From Escherichia coli O157:H7 str. 2011EL-2287 (GTDB taxonomy: Bacteria; Pseudomonadota; Gammaproteobacteria; Enterobacterales; Enterobacteriaceae), in the NCBI GenBank assembly GCA_000614405.2, contig GCA_000614405.2_3612.1: a DNA stretch of 64,000 nucleotides. The stretch is one strand, 5' to 3'. A program made the position numbers and the translations under genes. Positions within the stretch are counted from its first letter, which is position 1. Each line of letters opens with the position of its first letter. This document shows positions 47,171 to 55,077 of the stretch, piece after piece. The notes under the pieces were generated by a model, which was given only the letters and a program-made list of their open reading frames with translations, searched no databases and was not told the DNA's origin.

Positions 47171-47575
47171 ATGAATAAGAACGTACGCCGCATCATGAAC
47201 GAACTGGCAAACGATGAAAAAATTATTGACATGCACTTAGTGAACATTTGCCGCCGTTGTGTAACCTATAACAACCGCGCCGCAAAAGCGCGTGAGATGA
47301 ACGCAAAAGGCACCTTAAAGCCCTTCCAGGTGGTGGTAAAGGCCATTAAAGATGTAGCTAATACGGCAAACCAGGTACAGGGGAACACCAACGAGAGTAC
47401 CAATATTGATCCGGCTTACATCATGAAACGGATCCGGACCTGCAAGAACAAAGAGCAAGTGTATAACGTCATAGACTGGTTGGATTCCATGGGCGACGTG
47501 GTTTATAATAGGTTTTCTGCAGCCATTGAGATCCAGCTAGACAGGTTGGACGGGAAAGTACTAAAAACTTATTGA
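47171..47575 (+). CDS. hypothetical protein
   Basis: RBS AAAGGAAAAAG; own promoter and leader hairpin. Confidence 0.5.
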   Translation: MNKNVRRIMNELANDEKIIDMHLVNICRRCVTYNNRAAKAREMNAKGTLKPFQVVVKAIKDVANTANQVQGNTNESTNIDPAYIMKRIRTCKNKEQVYNVIDWLDSMGDVVYNRFSAAIEIQLDRLDGKVLKTY

Positions 47576-47576
47576 G

Positions 47577-47623
47577 TTTATTTTTAGATGGCCTTGACTC
47601 CAGGGCCATCGATAAAGTAAACT
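47577..47623 (+). repeat. promoter-stem-loop repeat (PeSL-like) copy 1
   Basis: TTTATTTTTAGATGGCCTTGACTCCAGGGCCATCGATAAAGTAAACT; hairpin GATGGCC/GGCCATC with TTGACT in loop. Confidence 0.55.
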
Positions 47624-47655
47624 AATCTCAGTTAAGCGAAAAAGGGGGCTTTAAG

Positions 47656-47775
47656 ATGGGCACTACACGCCAATACACAAAGGTAACTATTATCGTCTGC
47701 GTTGTCGGTTACATCCTGGCGCAAATGTTAATGAGTAGCGCTAACAGTTTTGCAAAATTTTTCTTAAATTTTTAA
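47656..47775 (+). CDS. hydrophobic micro-protein (39 aa)
   Basis: Below ORF-track threshold; RBS AAAGGGGG; central hydrophobic stretch VTIIVCVVGYILAQML. Confidence 0.35.
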   Translation: MGTTRQYTKVTIIVCVVGYILAQMLMSSANSFAKFFLNF

Positions 47776-47803
47776 TTGACAAGCTAACTTAGATCGGTAT
47801 ACT
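47776..47803 (+). promoter_or_regulatory. sigma70-like promoter
   Basis: TTGACA-N16-TATACT; leader hairpin GGGAA-AAC-TTCCC. Confidence 0.5.
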
Positions 47804-47854
47804 TAAACCCGTAAACGGGAAAACTTCCCAGAACACACAAAAGGAGAAAACACC

Positions 47855-48196
47855 ATGACCACTATGACCGCCGCAGAAAAAGCTATTCAGGTTGCCGCAC
47901 TGAAAAAACAGATCGCAGACCTTGAGAACAAGATCGATACCTTTGAAATCGACGAGGACAAGTACGACGAAAACTATGATGAATGGTTAGACGAGATCTA
48001 CGGAGAAATCATGATCGGAAACATTTCTTTTCTTCCGTCGCGTATCCTCAAGGAGCTAGATCCTATCGCTTACCGCTGCGGATTTAGCGACTACATCGAC
48101 AGCCTGGATATTGAGGACGATGAAGAATACCAGGAATTACAGACAGAGTTAGAAGAAGCAAAAGAAGAGCTTGCGGAGCTGGAAGAAAACGAGTAA
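47855..48196 (+). CDS. hypothetical acidic protein
   Basis: RBS AAGGAGAAAA; Glu/Asp-rich C-terminal half. Confidence 0.5.
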   Translation: MTTMTAAEKAIQVAALKKQIADLENKIDTFEIDEDKYDENYDEWLDEIYGEIMIGNISFLPSRILKELDPIAYRCGFSDYIDSLDIEDDEEYQELQTELEEAKEELAELEENE

Positions 48197-48198
48197 GA

Positions 48199-48244
48199 TT
48201 ATTTTTAGATGGCCTTGACTCCAGGGCCATCAATAAAGTAAACT
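48199..48244 (+). repeat. promoter-stem-loop repeat (PeSL-like) copy 2
   Basis: Near-identical to 47577 element (single G/A difference). Confidence 0.55.
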
Positions 48245-48285
48245 TTATACTGTTAACACTGAACTAATGCATAGGAGTTAAAACC

Positions 48286-48531
48286 ATGGCAGCACTAATC
48301 ACCAAATATTATGCCCCTACCAACACCAAAAGCGCCCGTATCATGGTAAAAGGCTTCGGACGTAAAAAGGTTTACACCTGGGATTATGCCTTAGACACGG
48401 AAGACAACTACACCAACGCGATGACAGATTTTATTAATGAGCTGAACACGCGGATCTTGACAAATTATAAAATTACCGATATTGCCTATATAGGGGAAGG
48501 CGGGATCTGTTTTGTCGGTATCGTCAAATAA
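48286..48531 (+). CDS. hypothetical protein
   Basis: RBS TAGGAG. Confidence 0.45.
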   Translation: MAALITKYYAPTNTKSARIMVKGFGRKKVYTWDYALDTEDNYTNAMTDFINELNTRILTNYKITDIAYIGEGGICFVGIVK

Positions 48532-48532
48532 G

Positions 48533-48580
48533 CTGTTTTTTCGGTGGTCCTGGTAGCAGGGCCATCTATAAAGATAGTTT
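48533..48580 (+). repeat. degenerate promoter-stem-loop-like element
   Basis: GGTCCTGGTAGCAGGGCCATCTATAAAG shares GGGCCATC-ATAAAG core with PeSL-like repeats. Confidence 0.3.
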
Positions 48581-48606
48581 ATCAACACAATGAAAGGAGA
48601 AAGTAC

Positions 48607-48960
48607 ATGATCAGCGGGGCAAGTTTTATTATTGGCGCTATTGCTACGGCTTTAATTGTAAACAAGATCCAATCTAAAAACGAAAAAGAGAGCAACGCGC
48701 TCACAGAATACCCATTTTGGGTATTCAACGACAATGAAGACTACATTATCAAGTACAAGAATGAGAAGGGCGACCAGGTAACACCGCGACCGATCCCGGC
48801 TTACAAGATGCAAGAAACACTATACCGCCTAAAGGCTGGAGGCGCAAAAATCGTAGACTTTTGGGGATATGATTGCAAGGATCAGGAGGTTATAAAGCGC
48901 CGTATCCGGGCTATTCAGGCCAATATTGAAGTTAGCAAGGGGGGAATATATGAAGATTAA
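48607..48960 (+). CDS. membrane protein
   Basis: ATG after AAAGGAGAAAG RBS; N-terminal helix ISGASFIIGAIATALIV (ORF track start 48544). Confidence 0.45.
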   Translation: MISGASFIIGAIATALIVNKIQSKNEKESNALTEYPFWVFNDNEDYIIKYKNEKGDQVTPRPIPAYKMQETLYRLKAGGAKIVDFWGYDCKDQEVIKRRIRAIQANIEVSKGGIYED

Positions 48961-49147
48961 TTTTGAGAAGATTGTAAAGCGATCTCATGATTCCGAAGAG
49001 CTGCCGGAACGACGCCAGCGTAACAATAAACTGAATAAGCCGAAAAGATTTGGGAAGATCTGGCGAAATCACTATGATCGCAAATTACCCAGCCTGCTTT
49101 TGGAACGTGAACGACAAGCGGAACGATACCGCCACAAAGACAAATAG
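48950..49147 (+). CDS. small basic protein
   Basis: ATG after AGGGGGGAATAT; Arg/Lys-rich; overlaps upstream gene end. Confidence 0.35.
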   Translation: MKINFEKIVKRSHDSEELPERRQRNNKLNKPKRFGKIWRNHYDRKLPSLLLERERQAERYRHKDK

Positions 49148-49154
49148 CAACCAA

Positions 49155-49184
49155 CGCCCCGCCATTGTGCGGGGTTTTTTATTT
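49155..49184 (+). terminator. rho-independent terminator
   Basis: Hairpin CCCCGC-CATTGT-GCGGGG + TTTTTT. Confidence 0.6.
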
Positions 49185-49328
49185 CTATCCTACGAATAGC
49201 GCCCCTGGTTGGCCCCACAAACGCCACAAAAGCCCCTACCTATGCAATCCCCTTTATTAACCTGAAAACATCACCCAGGGCCGTTTTATGGTGTTAAAAA
49301 ATATCATTGACAGTGATTTTATTTAAAG

Positions 49329-49357
49329 CTTGACACCTTGGAATAGTCCGGATATAC
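49329..49357 (+). promoter_or_regulatory. sigma70-like promoter
   Basis: TTGACA-N17-TATACT upstream of 49394 gene. Confidence 0.5.
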
Positions 49358-49393
49358 TAACCACATCAAAGCAAGAAGGAAGGAGTAAACGCC

Positions 49394-49654
49394 ATGCGTA
49401 AATTAAAAAATTTTGATAAAGTTGATGTTGTCCTGAATAATTTTTACTACTGCAATAACAAGGCCATTTGGTGGCGTGATAGTTCCACCGATAAAGTCAA
49501 GGCGCGCTTTCTCCAGGGGCACTGGCAAGGCCGTCCAGTGATTAAAATCATGGGGCAATTGGTAGCGTTTAAAAATTGCCGCCGTGTTGATGACGTTGAA
49601 GAGATTTTAAGCATTTTGCGCCACAATAATTTAAAAAATAGTGTTGACAAGTAA
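49394..49654 (+). CDS. hypothetical protein
   Basis: RBS AAGGAAGGAG. Confidence 0.45.
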   Translation: MRKLKNFDKVDVVLNNFYYCNNKAIWWRDSSTDKVKARFLQGHWQGRPVIKIMGQLVAFKNCRRVDDVEEILSILRHNNLKNSVDK

Positions 49655-49671
49655 ATCTCGATAAGTATACT
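49644..49671 (+). promoter_or_regulatory. sigma70-like promoter
   Basis: TTGACA-N16-TATACT; leader hairpin GGCGGGAA-AAC-TTCCCGCC. Confidence 0.5.
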
Positions 49672-49728
49672 TAAACACACAGGCGGGAAAACTTCCCGCC
49701 ACTAACAAAGAAAATAGGAGAAAATATC

Positions 49729-50352
49729 ATGACCACCGTTAACATTACCACAGGTTACAATTTATCTTTCGACGTGCTGACCGATGAACAAAAAGAAAAA
49801 GCTATTGAAATGGTCCGCGAAAGAGAAGAACACAGCGGGGATAACTTTTTTGCAGAAAGTGTAATTGAAGACTATAAAGAACATATCTTTCCAGAGTATG
49901 GCCTTGAAGATACCAAGGTACATTGGTCCGGCTTTTGGTGCCAGGGCGACGGCGCGTCAATCAGTGCGGAAAACGTGGATTTAGAAAAATTCTTGCGTAA
50001 AGTCAAGTCTCTGACTAAATTCCGCTCAATTCGTCACTTGTTCGGCACAATGCACGATGGCGAGCTATCCGCAAGTGTTGAGCGTGATCCATATAGCCGC
50101 TATAGTCACGAAAATACTGTGAGCGGGTACATCGATACTACATGGCTAGACCTGACAGCCAAGCAAGAAAGTAAGGTTGAAGAGCTGGAAGAGTTGATCA
50201 CCGAGAACGTACGGGAACTATCCCGCAAGGTTTACGTAGACCTGGAGCAAGCTTATCTTGAACAATTTACTACCGAAAACCTGATCGGCCTTATCGAGGC
50301 CAATGATTGGCGGTTTGATGTGGATGAATATGGAGAGATGAGTTTTTCATAA
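49729..50352 (+). CDS. hypothetical protein
   Basis: 207-aa ORF, RBS TAGGAGAAAA. Confidence 0.5.
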   Translation: MTTVNITTGYNLSFDVLTDEQKEKAIEMVREREEHSGDNFFAESVIEDYKEHIFPEYGLEDTKVHWSGFWCQGDGASISAENVDLEKFLRKVKSLTKFRSIRHLFGTMHDGELSASVERDPYSRYSHENTVSGYIDTTWLDLTAKQESKVEELEELITENVRELSRKVYVDLEQAYLEQFTTENLIGLIEANDWRFDVDEYGEMSFS

Positions 50353-50360
50353 ATAAAGTG

Positions 50361-50388
50361 TTGCAATAATCTAAAAACCTGCTATATT
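50361..50388 (+). promoter_or_regulatory. sigma70-like promoter
   Basis: TTGCAA-N16-TATATT; leader hairpin GGGGCAA-GACG-TTTGCCCC. Confidence 0.45.
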
Positions 50389-50442
50389 AAAACTCAAGGG
50401 GCAAGACGTTTGCCCCCCACACAAAACAAAGAGGAAAACATC

Positions 50443-50823
50443 ATGAAAAACACTACTAAAGCTATTGACACCGTCATGTTTAACCTGGTTACCTTTCGCG
50501 AGGATATGAAAGATCTTCCACGTGAAACAGTGTGCGATCACATTGAAAACTATCGCAAACTAATCAAAGAGTTGCCTTTAAAACGTGATCAGTATGCGGC
50601 TAACGCCATGCTTAATGCCATGATCAAAAAGATGATCCAGTGTGATTTAACTCTGGCCTATGACTATGCGGGTGGTCGTTTTGCAGTATACAATCAGCCC
50701 GTGCCCGGTATGGGCACCACCGAAGAATTGCACGCGTTAAATCTGAAGCAAGATGTATGGGATAACATGCCCCGCGTGGTGGTGTGGGCAGAAAGCGGAA
50801 AGATTTACGGCGATAATTTTTAA
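50443..50823 (+). CDS. hypothetical protein
   Basis: ATG after AAAGAGGAAAACATC leader (ORF track start 50410 lies within the leader hairpin). Confidence 0.45.
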   Translation: MKNTTKAIDTVMFNLVTFREDMKDLPRETVCDHIENYRKLIKELPLKRDQYAANAMLNAMIKKMIQCDLTLAYDYAGGRFAVYNQPVPGMGTTEELHALNLKQDVWDNMPRVVVWAESGKIYGDNF

Positions 50824-50832
50824 TCAGGTAAC

Positions 50833-50860
50833 AGGCGGCATATTTGCCGCCTTATTGTTA
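50833..50860 (+). terminator. putative terminator hairpin
   Basis: AGGCGGCA-TATT-TGCCGCCT followed by TATTGTT. Confidence 0.45.
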
Positions 50861-50887
50861 AACAGAGTTGCAAAAGAGGTACATAGA

Positions 50888-51259
50888 ATGGAATTTATTA
50901 TTTTGGCTGTAGTAGTTGCCTTGTTCAACGCCTGGATAGCTGGCAAAATAGGTAGATCCGCTTTTCTATGGTTTGTTATATCTATTTTCCTGGGAGTGGT
51001 TGCAACCATTGTACTAGTTATCCTTGCAATTGTTGACAAGGATAATAATAAGAAGGGTAAAGTATTTTCCGACCTGTATGACGCCCAAACTTTTGTTAAC
51101 GCCTATTATAGTGATCTTCCGGTCTCCTTGCGCTGCAGCCTGGCGCAACAAGTTTTTGATGAGGCTAAAACCAGAGATCAAGCCCATGAGATATGTTTAA
51201 CTGAGGCGGATCGCCTATTTGAGAGGAATAGAAAATATGTGGGCCAGCCGTTTAAATAA
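50888..51259 (+). CDS. membrane protein
   Basis: ATG after AAAAGAGG; two predicted TM helices (ORF track start 50753). Confidence 0.45.
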   Translation: MEFIILAVVVALFNAWIAGKIGRSAFLWFVISIFLGVVATIVLVILAIVDKDNNKKGKVFSDLYDAQTFVNAYYSDLPVSLRCSLAQQVFDEAKTRDQAHEICLTEADRLFERNRKYVGQPFK

Positions 51260-51482
51260 TACCACGTTAATTAATCCCTTTAATGAAGATTTGAAGCCAG
51301 CCGCCTGGCGTGATGGATTCAATAACGAACGCTTTATTTTCAGGCCTGATCTTGAGGAATTTTATAACAATGGATCGAACAACGACAGAGATAATTTTTC
51401 TTGTGATGTGCGTGGTGATGGTACTCCTGGGGGACATTGTAAACCACGTCACTACTACCAGGAGGAAAGGGGGAGACGATGA
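51237..51482 (+). CDS. hypothetical protein
   Basis: ATG after AGAGGAATAG; overlaps 3' end of upstream gene; start uncertain. Confidence 0.3.
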   Translation: MWASRLNNTTLINPFNEDLKPAAWRDGFNNERFIFRPDLEEFYNNGSNNDRDNFSCDVRGDGTPGGHCKPRHYYQEERGRR

Positions 51483-51598
51483 CAACCAAGGATAAGCCCC
51501 GCACCGATAAGGTGCGCCAGGTTATGGTATGGCTTGAGATCATCGCCCTTGAAATATTGTTAGGGGTAGGAATGTACTTTATTGCTATAAGTAACTGA
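51479..51598 (+). CDS. hydrophobic micro-protein (39 aa)
   Basis: Below ORF-track threshold; ATGA overlap; RBS GAAAGGGGGAG; TM segment WLEIIALEILLGVGMYFIAI. Confidence 0.35.
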   Translation: MTTKDKPRTDKVRQVMVWLEIIALEILLGVGMYFIAISN

Positions 51599-51602
51599 TA
51601 AC

Positions 51603-51631
51603 GCCCCCGATCATGGGGGCTTAACTTTTTC
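51603..51631 (+). terminator. rho-independent terminator
   Basis: Hairpin GCCCCC-GATCAT-GGGGGC + TTAACTTTTT. Confidence 0.5.
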
Positions 51632-51653
51632 AAAAAATTTTTCTTCCAGGGTG

Positions 51654-51681
51654 TTGCAATCTGGTCCGCAATATGGATAAT
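51654..51681 (+). promoter_or_regulatory. sigma70-like promoter
   Basis: TTGCAA-N17-GATAAT; leader hairpin GGGGA-AACA-TCCCC. Confidence 0.4.
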
Positions 51682-51737
51682 AACAATCAACGGGGAAACA
51701 TCCCCACCAACACAAAAACCAGAAAGGAGAAACAAAA

Positions 51738-51938
51738 ATGAGCAACAATATCCGCGTTATTAACTTCAAAAAAGAAGAAAAAATTGCCGTGCTGATTGAC
51801 GGTCAAGAAATCTTCAAGGGCGACTATGAAGATCATCAAACGGCGATTAGTATCACTCGCGTGATTGGTTACCATAATTTTTACCCCCAAGGCGCTGAGG
51901 CGGCGGTTAAACGAATCAAAGAGATTGTAGGCCTGTAA
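51738..51938 (+). CDS. hypothetical protein
   Basis: RBS AAAGGAGAAA. Confidence 0.45.
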   Translation: MSNNIRVINFKKEEKIAVLIDGQEIFKGDYEDHQTAISITRVIGYHNFYPQGAEAAVKRIKEIVGL

Positions 51939-51939
51939 A

Positions 51940-51985
51940 ATTTATTTTTAGATGGCCTTGACTCTAGGGCCATCAATAAAGTAAA
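51940..51985 (+). repeat. promoter-stem-loop repeat (PeSL-like) copy 3
   Basis: TTTATTTTTAGATGGCCTTGACTCTAGGGCCATCAATAAAGTAAAT; near-identical to copies at 47577 and 48199. Confidence 0.55.
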
Positions 51986-52031
51986 TTTAAACCCTGTTAA
52001 AATACCACGCAGTTAACAAGGAGTGATAGAC

Positions 52032-52331
52032 ATGTTTATCCAGGCTAATAATCTTTATTTCTTTGATGGTCAGATCGTAGATGGTGTGGAAGTGGAGATC
52101 ACTGGGTGCCCTGGTGGTCAGGCTATGACTTTTCGGAATAATGCCTTTGATGATTCTCATATCGTTATGAGAATGGAAGTTACAAAGCTGGACGACAAGA
52201 AAACGCTCATTGACTATTCCGTGAAAGATCATCCAGACTACCACATGATCTATGGTGATTTGTGCATTGTTGACCGTGACAAGGTGGGCGGCATTGTGAT
52301 CGCTATTGTGAACGATGTTTTCTCTGTATAG
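52032..52331 (+). CDS. hypothetical protein
   Basis: ATG after AAGGAG (ORF track start 52023). Confidence 0.45.
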   Translation: MFIQANNLYFFDGQIVDGVEVEITGCPGGQAMTFRNNAFDDSHIVMRMEVTKLDDKKTLIDYSVKDHPDYHMIYGDLCIVDRDKVGGIVIAIVNDVFSV

Positions 52332-52389
52332 TTCCGGCAAATGATGCAAAATAAGGCCCCTAGCAGGGCCTGCAGCGATATAATCACAT

Positions 52390-52425
52390 AAAGGCCATGC
52401 GGTTGCATGGCCTTTATTATTTTGG
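52390..52425 (+). terminator. rho-independent terminator
   Basis: 10-bp stem AAGGCCATGC-GGTT-GCATGGCCTT + TATTATTTT. Confidence 0.65.
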
Positions 52426-52471
52426 CGTTACAACGGCCTCCAAGGCGCTTAAAAATTTTTTAAAGAAGTAC

Positions 52472-52500
52472 TTGCATCAAGCCCTACAATATGGATAATA
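52472..52500 (+). promoter_or_regulatory. sigma70-like promoter
   Basis: TTGCAT-N17-GATAAT; leader hairpin GGGGGC/GCCCCC. Confidence 0.4.
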
Positions 52501-52552
52501 GTACGTGTCAGGGGGCGGCCCCCAATCATTAACAGAAACAGGAGTTAAAACT

Positions 52553-52837
52553 ATGGCTATTGTTACCGCTGGCGATGTAGTAGAAATGGAAGCAAAATAC
52601 TTAAAAGCGGGTATGCATATCCTGCGCAACGATCTTGAACTGGTCTTGACAATGGTTGACTATAACCCAGGGCAAGATTATCCAAGTGTTGACTACTTTT
52701 TTGAGTATGTTGATGAAGAGTTGAAAGAGGATGAGGCCTATTGCGGTGAGTTCTGCAACTTCTTTTGTCCTGATGAGGTTGTAAAGGTTATCTATCAACC
52801 TGGCGTAGCTTTCCCGCTGCACGCTATCAATAAATAA
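52553..52837 (+). CDS. hypothetical protein
   Basis: ATG after ACAGGAG (ORF track start 52505). Confidence 0.45.
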   Translation: MAIVTAGDVVEMEAKYLKAGMHILRNDLELVLTMVDYNPGQDYPSVDYFFEYVDEELKEDEAYCGEFCNFFCPDEVVKVIYQPGVAFPLHAINK

Positions 52838-52899
52838 ACCTGGCGGGGCCGAAAAGGCCTCCGCCTGAAATTATGAAAAATAAAAAGAGGCAAACTATC

Positions 52900-53130
52900 A
52901 TGATGGAACAAATTAAACGCGCTGAGGCTATTAATGGCAATGTGATCTATTTTGTCAGCAATAACGAAAAAGGCGTACCATATGCGGCGGTAATAGTACA
53001 GCCTGACGGCGATTATTGGTTTACTGTGTACGGCGCTTACTCTTTTGGGCGTCCAGTGCATGATAAAATTTTGAAAGTAGCGAACCCTACCGGGAAGAAT
53101 ATCACAGCAGAAAAATTTTTTGAAAAATAG
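52900..53130 (+). CDS. hypothetical protein
   Basis: ATG after AAAAGAGG (ORF track start 52873). Confidence 0.45.
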   Translation: MMEQIKRAEAINGNVIYFVSNNEKGVPYAAVIVQPDGDYWFTVYGAYSFGRPVHDKILKVANPTGKNITAEKFFEK

Positions 53131-53158
53131 TTGACATGGCCTTATAAGACTGTAGAAT
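53131..53158 (+). promoter_or_regulatory. sigma70-like promoter
   Basis: TTGACA-N16-TAGAAT; leader hairpin GGGGGC-AACAA-GCCCC. Confidence 0.5.
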
Positions 53159-53210
53159 ATAAATCAAAGGGGGCAACAAGCCCCACCAACCACAAAGAGG
53201 ATAAAAAATC

Positions 53211-53390
53211 ATGGCTATTATTGCAAAGACTGAGATCGTAGGCTTAGATTCTATTCTCCTCGCATATGAGGAAGCTATAGAAATGTATGTGGTTTCCTAT
53301 GGTGAATATATCCGTGAATATAAATCTATTGATCTGGCTTTTGAATGTTATATTCGCCAGGTTAATAAAGCGTACGATGATTATCGTTAA
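53211..53390 (+). CDS. small hypothetical protein (59 aa)
   Basis: Below ORF-track threshold; RBS AAAGAGGATAAAAAATC. Confidence 0.35.
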   Translation: MAIIAKTEIVGLDSILLAYEEAIEMYVVSYGEYIREYKSIDLAFECYIRQVNKAYDDYR

Positions 53391-53480
53391 AATAGCTTGA
53401 CAACAAACAACCATCTAACAAAGCATAATACATAAGGCGGTGGAATGGTCCGCCACCTGGAACAAGAAGAGGAAAACAAG

Positions 53481-53585
53481 ATGAAACAGAAATTAATTGA
53501 TGCGGTGATCCTGGTTATTGCCCTGGGTATTGGCCTGATTGCAACCATGTCTAATATGATCTTGTCTTCCAACGGTATCGGGTGA
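53481..53585 (+). CDS. hydrophobic micro-protein (34 aa)
   Basis: RBS AAGAGGAAAA; single TM-like segment AVILVIALGIGLIATM. Confidence 0.35.
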   Translation: MKQKLIDAVILVIALGIGLIATMSNMILSSNGIG

Positions 53586-53594
53586 GGTTGGCAA

Positions 53595-53810
53595 ATGATC
53601 ACTAACAAAACAGGCAAAACAGAATTTTTACGCAACTTACAGATCGGCAAGCCTGAGATCTGGTATTGCACTAAAACACCACGTGACGAAATGAAAGACT
53701 TCACCGCCACGCTGCAACGGGTAAAGATATCCATCACGCAGAAAAAGGCCTTATTAGTGGTGGAAGGTGAGATCCCCCAAACCGTTGTTATAGTTGAGCG
53801 TACAGCATAG
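53595..53810 (+). CDS. hypothetical protein
   Basis: ORF with RBS GGTGAGG. Confidence 0.4.
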   Translation: MITNKTGKTEFLRNLQIGKPEIWYCTKTPRDEMKDFTATLQRVKISITQKKALLVVEGEIPQTVVIVERTA

Positions 53811-53901
53811 TTTAATTTATACCGATACCCGAAAATTAACCAACAAAGCATAAACAGGCGGTTACCGCCGCCTTAAACGTAGCAGAAAGAGGATAGACAC
53901 A

Positions 53902-54186
53902 ATGAAAAAGATGATCGCAGCGGTTGCCCTGGTTGTTGGACTTAATGCGCCTGTAATGGCTAAAGAGCTGGCAAAAGAGGTTAATCTAACGGATATTCAT
54001 GCCGTCAATCAAATCGGGGTTACTTATCGCTTATGCCTTGCCGCTAAAACTTTCCAGGACGGCACGACAGAGTACTACGGATTCGAGGGTATCCGGTGCG
54101 GTGAGCTTGCTCGCGACCTTAAGGAAGATCCAGACCTGGAAGATCTGCCCATCACCGTAAACGGTAAAGCTTACGTAAACCGTTAA
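53902..54186 (+). CDS. secreted small protein
   Basis: Signal-peptide-like N-terminus MKKMIAAVALVVGLNAPVMA; RBS AAAGAGGA. Confidence 0.45.
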   Translation: MKKMIAAVALVVGLNAPVMAKELAKEVNLTDIHAVNQIGVTYRLCLAAKTFQDGTTEYYGFEGIRCGELARDLKEDPDLEDLPITVNGKAYVNR

Positions 54187-54188
54187 CC

Positions 54189-54323
54189 ATGAGAAAGATA
54201 ATCATCACCTTGGGGATTGTGGCGGGATCGCTGGCGCTCTTTCCCATTATGGTTAGGTATGTGCTGATCAGTATTGTCCTGGTAGTCAGTGATCTATTGG
54301 AAACGGTTGGCACCTTGTTTTAA
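54189..54323 (+). CDS. hydrophobic micro-protein (44 aa)
   Basis: Start overlaps upstream stop region; two hydrophobic stretches; weak RBS. Confidence 0.3.
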   Translation: MRKIIITLGIVAGSLALFPIMVRYVLISIVLVVSDLLETVGTLF

Positions 54324-54342
54324 AGAGCGATAAAAAAAAAAA

Positions 54343-54534
54343 ATGAATGTCGAACAAGTTAGAAAGGTATTGGCGGTACTGCGTTATCATAATCATAGAA
54401 AGGTCATAGACGATCCTGATTATGTCGATTCAAACCTGGAAGAGGATACACTACAAGCCATAAGTAACATGCAAGAATTGCTAAAGCGCATGACAGAGAA
54501 AAACCGACCGGACTACATAGGCGAAAAAATATAA
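54343..54534 (+). CDS. hypothetical protein
   Basis: ORF; weak RBS. Confidence 0.35.
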   Translation: MNVEQVRKVLAVLRYHNHRKVIDDPDYVDSNLEEDTLQAISNMQELLKRMTEKNRPDYIGEKI

Positions 54535-54550
54535 TATTTATAAACTACAA

Positions 54551-54580
54551 AACAGGGCTTGCAATGGTCCTGTTTTTTGT
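54551..54580 (+). terminator. rho-independent terminator
   Basis: Hairpin ACAGGGC-TTGCAATG-GTCCTGT + TTTTTT. Confidence 0.55.
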
Positions 54581-54593
54581 TATACTTATTCCA

Positions 54594-54640
54594 CGGCAGG
54601 CACCTGGCGACGGGGGAGACAATCACCGGGCCTGCCTGTC
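54594..54640 (-). repeat. GC-rich structured element (copy 3, inverted)
   Basis: Reverse complement GGCAGGCCCGGTGATTGTCTCCCCCGTCGCCAGGTGCCTGCCGT matches copy 1 (23 nt exact) and copy 2. Confidence 0.5.
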
Positions 54641-54661
54641 ATATAAGAACTATAAAAACCG

Positions 54662-54690
54662 TTGACATCTGCCATGGGGTGGGGTAACAT
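54662..54690 (+). promoter_or_regulatory. sigma70-like promoter
   Basis: TTGACA-N17-TAACAT; leader hairpin GGGCA-AAAG-TGCCC. Confidence 0.5.
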
Positions 54691-54744
54691 TTATCTTGAA
54701 GGGGCAAAAGTGCCCACACAACACCCAGGAGAGAGGAAAACATT

Positions 54745-55017
54745 ATGTCAAGCTGGATTAATCAAGAAGTCGAATCACGTTTTAATGCTATATGGGATCT
54801 CATCGAAAAAGAGGACGGAACATCAAGCCCCTACCTCAACAATTTGGAATTCCATTTTGTGGAAGCGATGAACGCAGAACATGATCACGAAGGTGGCGCA
54901 GATGAGTTCGCTAAAGGTTATGGCTTTAACAATGCCAACGAAATGATCGAGGCGGTAGTACTCCAGGCTGAGGAAGATTATCAATTAAAAACGCTTGAAT
55001 TCTGCCGCCGTAAGTAA
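54745..55017 (+). CDS. hypothetical protein
   Basis: RBS AGGAGAGAGG. Confidence 0.45.
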   Translation: MSSWINQEVESRFNAIWDLIEKEDGTSSPYLNNLEFHFVEAMNAEHDHEGGADEFAKGYGFNNANEMIEAVVLQAEEDYQLKTLEFCRRK

Positions 55018-55077
55018 TAAGATAATGACACGGGCCAAAAGGCCCACTAATCAGAACCACACAAAGAGAGAAAGAAA

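Noticed and set aside
47577-51985. Repeated 46-bp elements considered as a possible CRISPR array
   Set aside because: Only three copies, separated by about 0.6 and 3.7 kb of coding sequence rather than short uniform spacers; they contain promoter-like hexamers; no cas genes
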